Shown: positions 40,553-50,641, counted from the first letter of the stretch. The stretch is 64,000 nt of DNA from an uncultured Pseudomonadales bacterium (GCA_964467735.1 CAYXSR010000001.1:108839-172838), one strand, 5' to 3'. Notes: a model not told the origin generated them from the letters alone. Program-made: numbers and translations.

Positions 40553-42802
40553 ATGAAATATTCAGCGACAGGAAGAGATATAATTAACTTCAAAAAATTA
40601 TTAAAGTCTATTCGTTTTTGGATTTTATCATTTCTAGAAAATATTGGCCGGCTAACTTATAGAACTATCTTTCTTATTTTAGGAATTATTTTTAACTCTC
40701 TCATATTCTTAATTCAATTAATTAAACTTTTTAGAAGATATATAAAAAGATTTCTAGCTACTGCCAAGCAACAACTTCTAAGAATTCGTTTTATTATTTT
40801 ATTTATCTTCTTATTATCTTCTGGAAGTTTTTATTTTTTTATTATTCGTGAACTTCCTAATCCTGAAAAACTATTAAACCATGAACCTATCATTTCAACA
40901 AAGATATATGATAGAAAAGGACAGCTTCTATTTACCATTTTTAATGGTAGTCAAAAAAGATCTTTTGTTAAACTTTCCGATATTCCCAATCATGTAAAAC
41001 AAGCTACTATTGCCATCGAAGATAAAGATTTTTATAAACATCCTGGGTTTTCTTCAAAAGCAATTATCAGAGCAGCTTGGAAAAATATTTTTAATAATTC
41101 TTTGCAGGGAGGATCTACCATAACTCAACAATTAGTTAAAAATGTCTTTTTGACTTCCGAAAGAACGTTTAAGAGGAAAATAAAAGAAATAATTTTAAGT
41201 ATTCAGATGGAGTTAATTTTTAGCAAAGATGATATTTTACAAATGTATTTAAATGAAGTCCCTTACGGTGGTACTGCTTATGGCATCGAAGAAGCATCTC
41301 AAATGTATTTTAATAAAAGTGTTAAAGATTTGAACTTAGCTGAGGCGGCTCTTCTTGCTGGATTGCCAGCTGCTCCTACTCGTTTCTCACCATTTGGGGT
41401 AAATCCAAAATTAGCCGAAGAACGACAGCATCAGGTCTTAAGTAGAATGGTAGAAGATAATTACATTAGCGAGGAAGAGGCGGAAAAGGCTGAGAATGAA
41501 CCTCTCAAATTTACCTCCCAAACTACAGATATTAAAGCTCCTCATTTTGTAATGTATGTTAAAGATTTATTAGTAGAGAAGTATGGACAAAAGATGGTTG
41601 AGCAAGGAGGGTTAAGAGTGATTACTTCCTTAGACCTAGATATCCAAGAGTTTGCTCAACAGACTGTTGCTTCAGAAGTTGCTAAATTAAAAAACATGAA
41701 TGTTGGAAACGGAGCTGCTTTGGTTACTAAACCACCAACTGGAGAAATACTAGCAATGATTGGTTCAAAAGATTACTTTGATACCGAGAATGATGGAAAT
41801 GTGAATGTGACAATAATGCCTCGCCAACCAGGAAGTGCGATTAAACCCGTCAACTATGCTGTTGCTCTTTCAAATGGTTTCACTCCGGCGACTTTAATTG
41901 CCGATACACCGATTACTTATCATATTGCTGGTTCCTCACCATATTCGCCAGTAAATTATGATCAACGATTCCATGGTATGGTTACTTTAAGAACTGCTCT
42001 AGGATCCTCATATAATGTTCCGGCAGTAAAGACTTTATCCATTTTTGGTGTTGATAAAATGGTCGAAATGGGGAAGAAAATGGGAATCACCACTTGGGAT
42101 GATCCTAGTCGTTATGGGCTATCATTAACTTTAGGAGGAATTGAAGTAAAAATGGTTGATATGGCCGTTGCCTATGGAACTTTAGCTAATCAAGGAACAA
42201 GAGCCGATTTACAACCAATCTTAGAGATCACTGATTATAAAGGAAAAGTTTTAGAAAAATACCAACCTTCTGAACAGAAAAAATCAAATTATGTTTTAAA
42301 TCCAGGAGTAAGTTATCTTTTAAATAATATTCTTAGTGATAATCAAGCTCGGACACCGGCTTTTGGACCCAATTCTCTTCTATCAATTCCTAATCAGCAA
42401 GTAGCAGTTAAAACAGGAACTACCAATGATAAAAAAGATAATTGGACAATTGGCTATACTAGTGGTTTACTGACTGCTGTCTGGGTTGGAAATAATGATA
42501 ATTCTCCTATGAATGCGGTTGCCTCTGGGATAACCGGTGCTTCTCCGGTTTGGAATAAAATAATGAGCTATTTATTGGAAAATACTCCCTCTCATAAGTT
42601 TTTTATTCCCAATGGAATTAAAACTGTTCAAATTTGCAGTTTTAACGGGTTGCTTCCTTGTGATGGTTGCTTAGTAAAAAATGAATATTTTCTTGAAGGA
42701 ACAGAACCTAAATATCATTGCGACAGTGAAAAGATGAAAACTTTTACCACTCAATCAAAAGATAATCAACAAATACTTGAAGGAATACAGACAGTAAATT
42801 AA
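40553..42802 (+). CDS. class A penicillin-binding protein (PBP1A), copy 2
   Basis: EDKDFY.H.G, GGSTITQQL; SAIK, SYN, KTG. Confidence 0.93.
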   Translation: MKYSATGRDIINFKKLLKSIRFWILSFLENIGRLTYRTIFLILGIIFNSLIFLIQLIKLFRRYIKRFLATAKQQLLRIRFIILFIFLLSSGSFYFFIIRELPNPEKLLNHEPIISTKIYDRKGQLLFTIFNGSQKRSFVKLSDIPNHVKQATIAIEDKDFYKHPGFSSKAIIRAAWKNIFNNSLQGGSTITQQLVKNVFLTSERTFKRKIKEIILSIQMELIFSKDDILQMYLNEVPYGGTAYGIEEASQMYFNKSVKDLNLAEAALLAGLPAAPTRFSPFGVNPKLAEERQHQVLSRMVEDNYISEEEAEKAENEPLKFTSQTTDIKAPHFVMYVKDLLVEKYGQKMVEQGGLRVITSLDLDIQEFAQQTVASEVAKLKNMNVGNGAALVTKPPTGEILAMIGSKDYFDTENDGNVNVTIMPRQPGSAIKPVNYAVALSNGFTPATLIADTPITYHIAGSSPYSPVNYDQRFHGMVTLRTALGSSYNVPAVKTLSIFGVDKMVEMGKKMGITTWDDPSRYGLSLTLGGIEVKMVDMAVAYGTLANQGTRADLQPILEITDYKGKVLEKYQPSEQKKSNYVLNPGVSYLLNNILSDNQARTPAFGPNSLLSIPNQQVAVKTGTTNDKKDNWTIGYTSGLLTAVWVGNNDNSPMNAVASGITGASPVWNKIMSYLLENTPSHKFFIPNGIKTVQICSFNGLLPCDGCLVKNEYFLEGTEPKYHCDSEKMKTFTTQSKDNQQILEGIQTVN
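41350..41811 (+). repeat. 462-bp exact repeat, copy 2
   Basis: Identical to 38891-39352 (offset 2459). Confidence 0.93.
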
Positions 42803-43782
42803 TCGTTTTTATTAAACTGCCAAAAAATCTTAGAGATTTTTGGAAGAGCATCCAGGGCTTCGTCTTCAGATACTTCTTTAGTTAAAATGCATAAAACATA
42901 AGGATTTTCAGCAAAAACAATGCCGCAATCATTATATGTTTGAATCTCATTTCCAATTTTATGAACTACTCTAATATTCTCTGGAACTCCTTTAGGAATT
43001 CTATCTTCAAAGGCAGTATCAATTAGGGCGGCAAAAATTTTCTCTTTATTTCTTTCTTTCAACAAAGAACCTTCATAAAGAGCAGCAAAAAAATTACCCA
43101 TTTCTTTAGGAGTTGTTATATTATCTGCTAATAAAGTATTAGTTGCCCCAAGTTTATTTAAAGTGCTTTGAATTTTGCTTCTTCCAATAATTTTTTCCAA
43201 AACATAAGCGGCCGTATTGTCAGAGATTTTCCCTGATAATTCAACAAGTTCACGATAAAAATATTTTGTTCCTAAAGATTGATATCTCATTTGACCTGTT
43301 CCATAATCCTGAACATCTTGTTTTTGTAAGAAATATTCGCCCTCTTCTTTAAGTCTTTCCACTTCTACTTCTTGATAAAAAGCAACCATAATCGGAACTT
43401 TATTAACAGAGGCGGCAGTAAAAACTTCATTCTCATTAAAACCCAATTCTATGTCTTTTTGCAAATTAAAATAATAAACACCGTAAACACCACGAAGCTC
43501 AGAAACTAAAGAATCTAAAGAATATAAAACATCTTCTTTATTTTTGAAACCGCTTGTATCTTTTGCGACCTTTGAAGAATTCTTAGTTACTTCATAAACA
43601 AAAGGTTGTTGAAAGCCTTCAAACCAATTAAGTCTTTTACTCCTCAGCCAAAAAATAGCAGAGATTAAAACAGAACCAAGTAAAGTTACTAAAGTTATTA
43701 TCCTTCTTTTTCTCTTTACTCTTTTATTATCTTGTTTATCACTAAGTTTATTATCGAGAAGTTTTTCCCTTGTAATTTGCAT
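42799..43782 (-). CDS. membrane-anchored serine hydrolase with class A beta-lactamase fold
   Basis: SVNK (SxxK), SDN, HKIG; N-terminal TM. Confidence 0.85.
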   Translation of the reverse strand: MQITREKLLDNKLSDKQDNKRVKRKRRIITLVTLLGSVLISAIFWLRSKRLNWFEGFQQPFVYEVTKNSSKVAKDTSGFKNKEDVLYSLDSLVSELRGVYGVYYFNLQKDIELGFNENEVFTAASVNKVPIMVAFYQEVEVERLKEEGEYFLQKQDVQDYGTGQMRYQSLGTKYFYRELVELSGKISDNTAAYVLEKIIGRSKIQSTLNKLGATNTLLADNITTPKEMGNFFAALYEGSLLKERNKEKIFAALIDTAFEDRIPKGVPENIRVVHKIGNEIQTYNDCGIVFAENPYVLCILTKEVSEDEALDALPKISKIFWQFNKND

Positions 43783-44750
43783 TAATCAATAAAATCTTTT
43801 ATTGTTTTTATTAAGCTGTCACTATCTAATGAATATTCTTTGAGCAAACCTTGATAACTACTGGCAGTCTGTCCAAATCTATCATTAATTCCTAAGCTTA
43901 TACATTTATACATGAAACCAAGATTTTTTAAAGAATTAAAAACAGCCGAAGCTAATCCACCAAGTAATTGGTGATCTTCTATAATTATTAACTTCTTGGT
44001 TTTATTTAGAGATTTAATAATTGTCTTTCCATCCAATGGTTTGATTGTATGCAAATTAATGATTTCTAGCTTCACTTTTAATTTTTCTAATTGTTCAGCT
44101 GCTTTTAACACTTCTGCTAATAGTGGTCCTGCACTAATAACTGTTGCCATTGATCCTTCTTTTAAAATTTGCGCTTTACCAAGGTTAAATATATTCTTCT
44201 TACTAATGAAAACTTCTGTGGGTTCACGGGTGATTCGAAGATAAACCGGCGAGTTAGAATCAGTAATTTTTTCAACCAACATTTTTGCTTGATTATAATC
44301 GGCTGGATAAACGACTTTCATATTCGGTAATACTTGCATTAAAGCTAAATCTTCTGTTGCTTGAGCAGTAAAACCATCGCTTGGATGAGAAAGGCCGGCA
44401 TGAGAACCAACAATCTTAACTGGTAAATTGTTAGCGGCAATACAAATTCTTATTTGTTCCCAAGCTCTACCAGTGACAAAGGTCGCAAAAGAACAGACGA
44501 AAGGAATGAGCCCTTGCATCGCTAAACCAGCACTAATACCAATAAGGTTCTGTTCGGCTACTCCCACTTGAAAAAATCGATCAGGAAAAGTTTTATGAAA
44601 TAAGTCTAAACGAGTTGAGCTCTCCAAATCAGCTGTTAATGCTAAAATTTTTTCTTTTTTCTTAGCTACTTCCACTAAGGATTCACCAAAAGCATCTCTT
44701 AATGACCTTTTCTCTTTTAATTGCCAATCTTTTATTAAAAACTTATTCAT
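43782..44750 (-). CDS. transketolase C-terminal subunit
   Basis: RDAFG, GVAEQNL, RAWEQIR, HTIKPLD. Confidence 0.92.
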   Translation of the reverse strand: MNKFLIKDWQLKEKRSLRDAFGESLVEVAKKKEKILALTADLESSTRLDLFHKTFPDRFFQVGVAEQNLIGISAGLAMQGLIPFVCSFATFVTGRAWEQIRICIAANNLPVKIVGSHAGLSHPSDGFTAQATEDLALMQVLPNMKVVYPADYNQAKMLVEKITDSNSPVYLRITREPTEVFISKKNIFNLGKAQILKEGSMATVISAGPLLAEVLKAAEQLEKLKVKLEIINLHTIKPLDGKTIIKSLNKTKKLIIIEDHQLLGGLASAVFNSLKNLGFMYKCISLGINDRFGQTASSYQGLLKEYSLDSDSLIKTIKDFID

Positions 44751-45561
44751 CTTTTTCTAATTCTTGAAGAGCTCTTTGATAAAAATTGTCATCTACTTTT
44801 GGATGATGGACGTCAGCTCTTCCCTCCATAAACGAAATACCTCGACAACCAACTGTGTGACTTATCAAAACTGTCGGTTTATCTTTTTTGAGTTGTTTAT
44901 TAAATGCTTTAAAAATTTGTCTAAAATTATGGCCGTTTAACTCAATAACTCGCCATCCAAAACTCTCGTATTTTTTCTTTAATGGCTCTAAAGCTAATTG
45001 TTTCTCTGTAAATCCACCTATTTGAGTACCATTACGATCAATAATAGCAATTAAGTTTTTTAACTTGTAATGACTAGCAGCCATTGCCGCCTCCCATACT
45101 TCTCCTTCTTGCTGCTCACCATCGCTCATCATAACAATTACTTTATTATTTTTCTTTTTTATTTTTAATCCGAGCGCAATTCCGACTGCTTGTGACAAGC
45201 CCATTCCTAATGATCCAGAAGATATCTCAATACCCGGTAGGCTTTTTCTTTTAGGATGTCCCTCTAATTTACTTCCGGTTTGTCGGAATTTTTTTAATTC
45301 ATCTTTTGAAAAAAATCCTTTATAAGCTAAAATTGCATATAAAGCAGGACAAGCATGTCCATTTGAGAGTAAAAAATAATCTCTTTCTTCCCAATTTGGT
45401 TTTTTTGGATTAATTTTTAAAAGGTTACCAAAATATAAAGCAACTAACATTTCAGCAGTAGAAAAAGAGCTTCCCAAATGCCCGCTACCTGCCTGATGAA
45501 TCATCTCTAAAACTTCTAATCTTATCTTTTTGGTTATTTTTTTCAGTTCATGAATGTTCAT
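44743..45561 (-). CDS. transketolase N-terminal subunit
   Basis: SGHLG, LSNGH, LEGHP, GSLG.G, SDGE.QEG..WEA. Confidence 0.93.
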   Translation of the reverse strand: MNIHELKKITKKIRLEVLEMIHQAGSGHLGSSFSTAEMLVALYFGNLLKINPKKPNWEERDYFLLSNGHACPALYAILAYKGFFSKDELKKFRQTGSKLEGHPKRKSLPGIEISSGSLGMGLSQAVGIALGLKIKKKNNKVIVMMSDGEQQEGEVWEAAMAASHYKLKNLIAIIDRNGTQIGGFTEKQLALEPLKKKYESFGWRVIELNGHNFRQIFKAFNKQLKKDKPTVLISHTVGCRGISFMEGRADVHHPKVDDNFYQRALQELEKDE

Positions 45562-45564
45562 TAA

Positions 45565-46203
45565 TTATTGTAAAGATAAAAATGTTTCTTTAAGATTATT
45601 TTGTTTCCAAAAAAAACTACCAACGGCAATACTGTCTGCTCCTGCCAGATAACAAGCTTTTGCTGTTTTGAAATTTATTCCTCCATCTACACAAATCTCA
45701 AAATTAAATTTCTCTTCTTGTTTTAATCTTCTTAATTTTTTTATCTTCTCCAAAACTTTTGAATTAAATTTTTGACCACTAAAACCCGCTTTAACTGCCA
45801 ACAATAATATAATATCAATTTTTTTAAGGTTTTTTTTATTAATTAAACTAACCGGTGAGTCTAAATCTAATGCTAAACCAGGTTTAATTCCTTTTTTCAA
45901 AACGCTCTGAATAAATAATGATTCATTTTGTAATTCCTCTAGATGGGCAATAAGCCGATTAATTTTTATTAATTTTATTTGTTCAATTAATTGAATTGGT
46001 TTTTTCACCATAAGATGTAAATCAATCTGAAATTGATTTACATCTTCTATTTGACTGAGTAAAGAAATCGGAACTGTTTTATTATTAACAAATTTTCCGT
46101 CAAGACAATCAATTTGAATATGGTGCGTAATATTTTGTAATCGGTGAAGTTTATCCTTTAGTTTTTTAATATCATCAGTAAGAATTGTGGGAATTACTTT
46201 CAT
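45565..46203 (-). CDS. rpe: ribulose-phosphate 3-epimerase
   Basis: P.IL, D..DG.FV, HLMV, V.AGFSGQ.F, VDGGI; ATG 46203 overlaps the gap stop (ATGA). Confidence 0.88.
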   Translation of the reverse strand: MKVIPTILTDDIKKLKDKLHRLQNITHHIQIDCLDGKFVNNKTVPISLLSQIEDVNQFQIDLHLMVKKPIQLIEQIKLIKINRLIAHLEELQNESLFIQSVLKKGIKPGLALDLDSPVSLINKKNLKKIDIILLLAVKAGFSGQKFNSKVLEKIKKLRRLKQEEKFNFEICVDGGINFKTAKACYLAGADSIAVGSFFWKQNNLKETFLSLQ

Positions 46204-47204
46204 TTTGCGATTAATAGTATTTCTTCTACTAAACGATTGATATACCCCCATTCATTGTCATACCAAGCAATAATCTTTAGAAGATCATCAGCAACCACTG
46301 TGGTTAAAGACAGATCGACAATACATGATAAACAACTACCGATTATGTCTGAAGACACTAAGGGCTCTGCCGTGTAACCTAAAACATTTTTTAATTCTTT
46401 TTGAGAGGCTTCTTTAATAATATTGTTAACTTCTTCTTTTGTTGTTTTTCTTTTAGTTACAAACACTATATCACTTAAAGAACCTACAGGAACAGGCACT
46501 CTTACTGACAAACCATCAAAAATATTTTTAACTTTAGGGTATACTTTTCCTGTTGCTCCGGCAGCACCAGTAGTTGTAGGAACAATATTTATGGCTGCTG
46601 ATCGACTTCGACGTAGATCTTTATGTGAACCATCAAGGATCTCTTGATCAGAAGTATAGGCATGAATAGTTGTCATTATGGCTTTTTTGACACCGATTTT
46701 TTGATCAATTAATTTAATAATTGGAGCAATACAGTTTGTTGTGCAAGAAGCACAAGAAATTATTGGTTCATTTTTTAGTCGATTCTCATTAACACCAATA
46801 ATATAAATTGGAATATTTCCTTCCTTAGACGGAGCTGATAGAATTACTTTTTTAACTGTATCTCTGAGGTGTTTTTTAATGTCTGTTTCTTTTCGGAAAA
46901 CACCAGTTGATTCAATTACAATTTCTGTTCCATATTTTCCCCATGGAATCTTTTCCGGATCTAATTCTCCCATTACAGGAATATTTTCTCCATCAACAAC
47001 TATATGTTCACCTTTAGTTTGTACTTCACCTTCATATTTTCCATAAACACTATCGTATTTAAAAAGATGAGCCCAACCGACTGCATCCATTTTTCCGGAT
47101 GTGTTTATAGCCACTAACTGAATTTTATCTTTAAAATCTTTTAATATTAATCTAGCAGCCAAACGACCAATTCGACCGAAACCATTAATACCAACTTTAA
47201 TCAT
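46200..47204 (-). CDS. gap: glyceraldehyde-3-phosphate dehydrogenase
   Basis: GINGFGRIGR, ASCTTNC, WYDNEWGY; likely start 47204. Confidence 0.96.
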   Translation of the reverse strand: MIKVGINGFGRIGRLAARLILKDFKDKIQLVAINTSGKMDAVGWAHLFKYDSVYGKYEGEVQTKGEHIVVDGENIPVMGELDPEKIPWGKYGTEIVIESTGVFRKETDIKKHLRDTVKKVILSAPSKEGNIPIYIIGVNENRLKNEPIISCASCTTNCIAPIIKLIDQKIGVKKAIMTTIHAYTSDQEILDGSHKDLRRSRSAAINIVPTTTGAAGATGKVYPKVKNIFDGLSVRVPVPVGSLSDIVFVTKRKTTKEEVNNIIKEASQKELKNVLGYTAEPLVSSDIIGSCLSCIVDLSLTTVVADDLLKIIAWYDNEWGYINRLVEEILLIAK

Positions 47205-47220
47205 TTTTAAACCCCGCTTT

Positions 47221-47694
47221 TTAACCTGAGCGGCCTCCTTTTTCATATTCAATAATTTTTTCTATTCGCCTTTTATGTCTATCCTCGTTAGAAAATTCCG
47301 CTCCTAAAAAGGTCTCCATTATTCTAAAGTTTTCTTCTTGATCAATCTCTGAAGCTAAAACTAATACATTACAATCATTGTGAGCTCGACTAGTAACCGC
47401 TTGACCAACCGAAGTACACAAAGCCGCTCTTATTCCTAGAATTTTATTAGCAGCAATGCTCATCCCTATTCCTGAACGACAAACCAAGATGCCTAGGTTT
47501 TCTTTATTCTTACAAACTTCCTTTCCTAACTTAAAAGCAAAGTCTGGATAATCATCATCCTGATGCATTATTTCCGCTCCTAAATCAATTAATTGTCTTT
47601 TTTTATTTAGATTAGAATGAGCTTTAAAATAGATTTTAATTTCTTCTTTTAAATCAAATCCCGCGTGATCGGCAGCAATAAAAAGTTTATTCAT
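47221..47694 (-). CDS. rpiB: ribose-5-phosphate isomerase B
   Basis: ADHAG, DDYPD, C.SG.GMSIAANK, RAHND.NVL, RH.RR. Confidence 0.93.
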   Translation of the reverse strand: MNKLFIAADHAGFDLKEEIKIYFKAHSNLNKKRQLIDLGAEIMHQDDDYPDFAFKLGKEVCKNKENLGILVCRSGIGMSIAANKILGIRAALCTSVGQAVTSRAHNDCNVLVLASEIDQEENFRIMETFLGAEFSNEDRHKRRIEKIIEYEKGGRSG

Positions 47695-47726
47695 ATATCC
47701 TCTCTTAAGTAATTAAATTATTATTT

Positions 47727-48350
47727 TTAAACAGTGCTTCGGCTAGTAAAAGCTCTTTCTGAACTAGAGCTAATGACCTTCTTCAATCGTTTTAAAAAAT
47801 CTTTCTCAAAACCTTTAATTGCTTTCACAACTCCCTCAGGAGAATTAACAATTTTAAATAATTCCTCTTCTTTTCCTCGTAAGAATAAGTGACTTTTAAG
47901 ACATTTAATTATGTCTCTCCAAAAATCACCATATAAAATAAAAGGTTTATGAACACCATAATAAAGCCTTGCTAAACACCAAGCAGTAGCAAATTCTGAC
48001 AACGTTCCTGTTCCTCCTTTAAAAATTATATAAATATCCCCATGTTCTAGAAGTTTAAACATTCGCTCAATATAATTGCCTGTTTTTATCTCTTTGTCGG
48101 TAATGTTTTTAGCATAACGACCTTCAAATCCAGGAGCACTTTTGGGATAAAAAGTAACTGCTAATGTTTCTCCATTAACCGACTTTGCTCCCTGAGTTGA
48201 GGCATCCATTACTCCAGGGCCACCACCATTAACAATTACAAAACCTTTTTCTGCTAAAATCTTGGCAACTTTGAAAGCTTGTTTATATAGTTTATCTTTA
48301 GGTTTAGAGTCTGAGTATCCAAAAAAAGCAATATTTTTAATAAATTTCAT
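47727..48350 (-). CDS. LOG family nucleotide monophosphate nucleosidase-like protein
   Basis: GGGPGVM.A, ER, GGTGTLSE, KP. Confidence 0.85.
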   Translation of the reverse strand: MKFIKNIAFFGYSDSKPKDKLYKQAFKVAKILAEKGFVIVNGGGPGVMDASTQGAKSVNGETLAVTFYPKSAPGFEGRYAKNITDKEIKTGNYIERMFKLLEHGDIYIIFKGGTGTLSEFATAWCLARLYYGVHKPFILYGDFWRDIIKCLKSHLFLRGKEEELFKIVNSPEGVVKAIKGFEKDFLKRLKKVISSSSERAFTSRSTV

Positions 48351-48392
48351 CTCTTCTATAATAACATATCTTAATCTTAGTAGCCAAGAAAT

Positions 48393-48980
48393 TTACTTAA
48401 AAATTCCTGAGAAAAGCGTCTCTGACTGCTCTGGGTTCCCATCTTCTGGCTCTAAACTAATCTTAACAGTTTTATAGCTACTTTTATCTCCGGTGGTAAG
48501 ATAATAAAGTTCTCCTCCTCCATCTTCTAATATCTCTACTCTTCCTAATGAAATGAAATCATTTATATCTCTTTCCAACCAGGCCTCATAATAATAACCT
48601 TTCTGAGGAAAAGGTAAATTATTAAGATTGACATAAAAATAAAATTTACCATCAGAAAATAGTCTTTTAGCTACTCCTTTTAAGCTGCTATTGTCTACCT
48701 GATAAATGTTTGCCTGCTCCGCTTCGACACTTCCCAGCATTGACTTAATTTGATCTTTTATCTTTCTCTTTTCTTCTTCGCTCATTTGCTCTTTTTCTTC
48801 TGATTCTCTGGTTGGCTCTTCTTGTTTATAAAGGACTTCATCAGATATAGGAGAAGGCTGTTTTTGATTAGCCTTTTTATTTCTAAAATAAGCATATGAG
48901 GCACCAATTAATAAAAGTAAACCTATTCCTAGTAAAATTGTTTGCCAGTCGATTCTGTTCGTCTGCTTTATTTGAGACAT
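48393..48980 (-). CDS. membrane-anchored protein with RskA (anti-sigma K) C-terminal-like domain
   Basis: One TM; LP.P....YYEAWL...SLG...ISLEP.DG; SD AAAGGAGGTGA. Confidence 0.55.
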   Translation of the reverse strand: MSQIKQTNRIDWQTILLGIGLLLLIGASYAYFRNKKANQKQPSPISDEVLYKQEEPTRESEEKEQMSEEEKRKIKDQIKSMLGSVEAEQANIYQVDNSSLKGVAKRLFSDGKFYFYVNLNNLPFPQKGYYYEAWLERDINDFISLGRVEILEDGGGELYYLTTGDKSSYKTVKISLEPEDGNPEQSETLFSGIFK

Positions 48981-48994
48981 TCTCACCTCCTTTC

Positions 48995-49020
48995 AAAAAA
49001 CCTGCCTCTTAGGCAGGTTT
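48995..49020 (-). terminator. intrinsic terminator after the GNAT gene
   Basis: AAACCTGCC-taaga-GGCAGGTTTTTT on the minus strand. Confidence 0.8.
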
Positions 49021-49056
49021 ACTCTTACTCCATCTAATCAATTTTTGTTCTAATTG

Positions 49057-49593
49057 TCAATTAATCATCGCTTCTTCTTTTGGCTCCCCAATAACCTTTC
49101 CAAAAATAAATTGATTGATTCCAAAATAAGAAAGCTTTCTTCTCCCTTCAAGTTCCAAACCACATTTAACGTAAAAATTTTTAGCTGCTGGCTGAGAAGC
49201 AACTTCTATTTTGTGACAGTCTGTTTTTTTCGCTTTATTAATCCACGTTTTAATTAGTTTTTTACCTATTCCTTTTTTTCTATAATTTTTTAAAACTCCT
49301 AACCAGCGACAAAAAGAAACTCCTCCATAGGGTTTATCAATAACAACAAAACCAATAATCTCTTTTTTTGTTTTACTTTGTTTCTTAGCGACTAGAAAAG
49401 TCTTCCAATTATCTTTTAACCATAAATAAAAAGCATTGGGAGTATATATTTTAGACAAAAAATAGTCGATAACATTAGGGCTATACCCAGGGAAGCCCTC
49501 CTTTAAAATCTTAGCAAACAAATTATGAAAAGGGGTTATTTCATCTTCTTGAAGTTCTTCTATTACAAAATCCATTAATTTTTCAATCACCAA
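49057..49593 (-). CDS. GNAT family acetyltransferase
   Basis: V...YRKKGIG..L, A..FY.K.G. Confidence 0.85.
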   Translation of the reverse strand: MVIEKLMDFVIEELQEDEITPFHNLFAKILKEGFPGYSPNVIDYFLSKIYTPNAFYLWLKDNWKTFLVAKKQSKTKKEIIGFVVIDKPYGGVSFCRWLGVLKNYRKKGIGKKLIKTWINKAKKTDCHKIEVASQPAAKNFYVKCGLELEGRRKLSYFGINQFIFGKVIGEPKEEAMIN

Positions 49594-49624
49594 AAGACCC
49601 TTCTTTTAAAAAGAAGAGTCTTTG
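49592..49624 (-). terminator. intrinsic terminator after the small protein gene
   Basis: AAAGACTCTTCTTT-tta-AAAGAAGGGTCTTTT on the minus strand. Confidence 0.75.
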
Positions 49625-49643
49625 ATGTTTCTTTAAAGAAAAT

Positions 49644-49841
49644 TTATACTTTTTTCAAAACAGGCATACCTGTTCTTTGAGTTTCAACCACCTTGTATCC
49701 AGCAGGAACACTGTCGATTGCACCAGCTCGAACATCTCTTGCAAAGTAATAAATTGTCTGTCTTCTTCCACCTCTTAAAGTAACATCTTTTTTATGAAGA
49801 TGATAAGTAACACCTTTACTGTTTGTATATGAATAAGCCAT
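49644..49841 (-). CDS. 65-aa basic hypothetical protein
   Basis: MAYSYTNSKGVTYHLH...; SD AAAGGAGGTGA, upstream TTGACA, own terminator. Confidence 0.85.
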   Translation of the reverse strand: MAYSYTNSKGVTYHLHKKDVTLRGGRRQTIYYFARDVRAGAIDSVPAGYKVVETQRTGMPVLKKV

Positions 49842-50025
49842 CTGCCTTCTCACCTCCTTTTTTGCCTTATGGACAGGAAATTTCTTATTTACCCTCATAT
49901 TAGAGGAGCATCAGGCTATTTGTCAAGAGGAAGCCTCTTTTTATTCACAGATATAAAATTCCAATTATCTATGAGTATAGAACCATAATCTTCTGTGAAG
50001 GCAAATAAAACTGTATACTAATTAT

Positions 50026-50631
50026 ATGTCAGAAAAAATTATTAAAAATAAGGCAACTGAGAATTATTTTAGTTCTTTTTCTCTCAAAAAATTTTGCAAG
50101 AAATACTTTTTCTTTCTCTCAAAAAATTTTAGGTCTATCTACTCTAGAAGATTTTTGTTAAGCCTCCTACTACTATTAATTTTAGTTAATTATCTTTTTC
50201 CTAAAAATAAAATTGAGAAAGCTAGGCTGGATGTTGCCAGATGGCCATTCTCTGCTAAAAAGCATTTAAAATTAATTAAGACTTTTTTTGATAATGGAAA
50301 TTCTGTTAAGTCTAAAGAAGAAATAAGAATAATCGAAATGTCTCCTTTTATGTCTTTTAATATAAAATTAATTCCAAATCTCAAAAAAGAATTTCACAAA
50401 ACAGAAGCCATTATTGAATTACCGGATAAAACAGAAGAGAAAATTAATCAACTTGAAACTCTTCTTCTTCAAAAACCATACTATCGAGATCTTTATCTAA
50501 GACTATCTCTTTTGTATTTGCAAATATGGAAAGATGAAGAAGCTAAGCAAGCTTGGCAAACTGCCTATTACTTAGATCCAAATAGCCCACAGGTCAAACA
50601 ATTAGGAAAATTAATTGAAGAACTACTCTAA
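50026..50631 (+). CDS. membrane-anchored TPR-like protein
   Basis: One TM; P.YRD.Y..L..LY......EA...W..A..LDPN. Confidence 0.7.
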   Translation: MSEKIIKNKATENYFSSFSLKKFCKKYFFFLSKNFRSIYSRRFLLSLLLLLILVNYLFPKNKIEKARLDVARWPFSAKKHLKLIKTFFDNGNSVKSKEEIRIIEMSPFMSFNIKLIPNLKKEFHKTEAIIELPDKTEEKINQLETLLLQKPYYRDLYLRLSLLYLQIWKDEEAKQAWQTAYYLDPNSPQVKQLGKLIEELL

Positions 50632-50641
50632 AACTAAAGGA

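Noticed and set aside
38891-41811. PBP repeat pair as a diversity-generating retroelement TR/VR
   Set aside because: The copies are identical with no adenine-specific mismatches, both are coding, and no reverse transcriptase is present
42799-43782. Beta-lactamase resistance gene
   Set aside because: The fold motifs are present, but the membrane anchor and position beside PBPs fit a wall peptidase better; resistance cannot be inferred
49944-49999. Inverted repeat TTCACAGA...TCTGTGAA in an intergenic region
   Set aside because: 8-bp arms 40 nt apart with no further structure; compatible with chance
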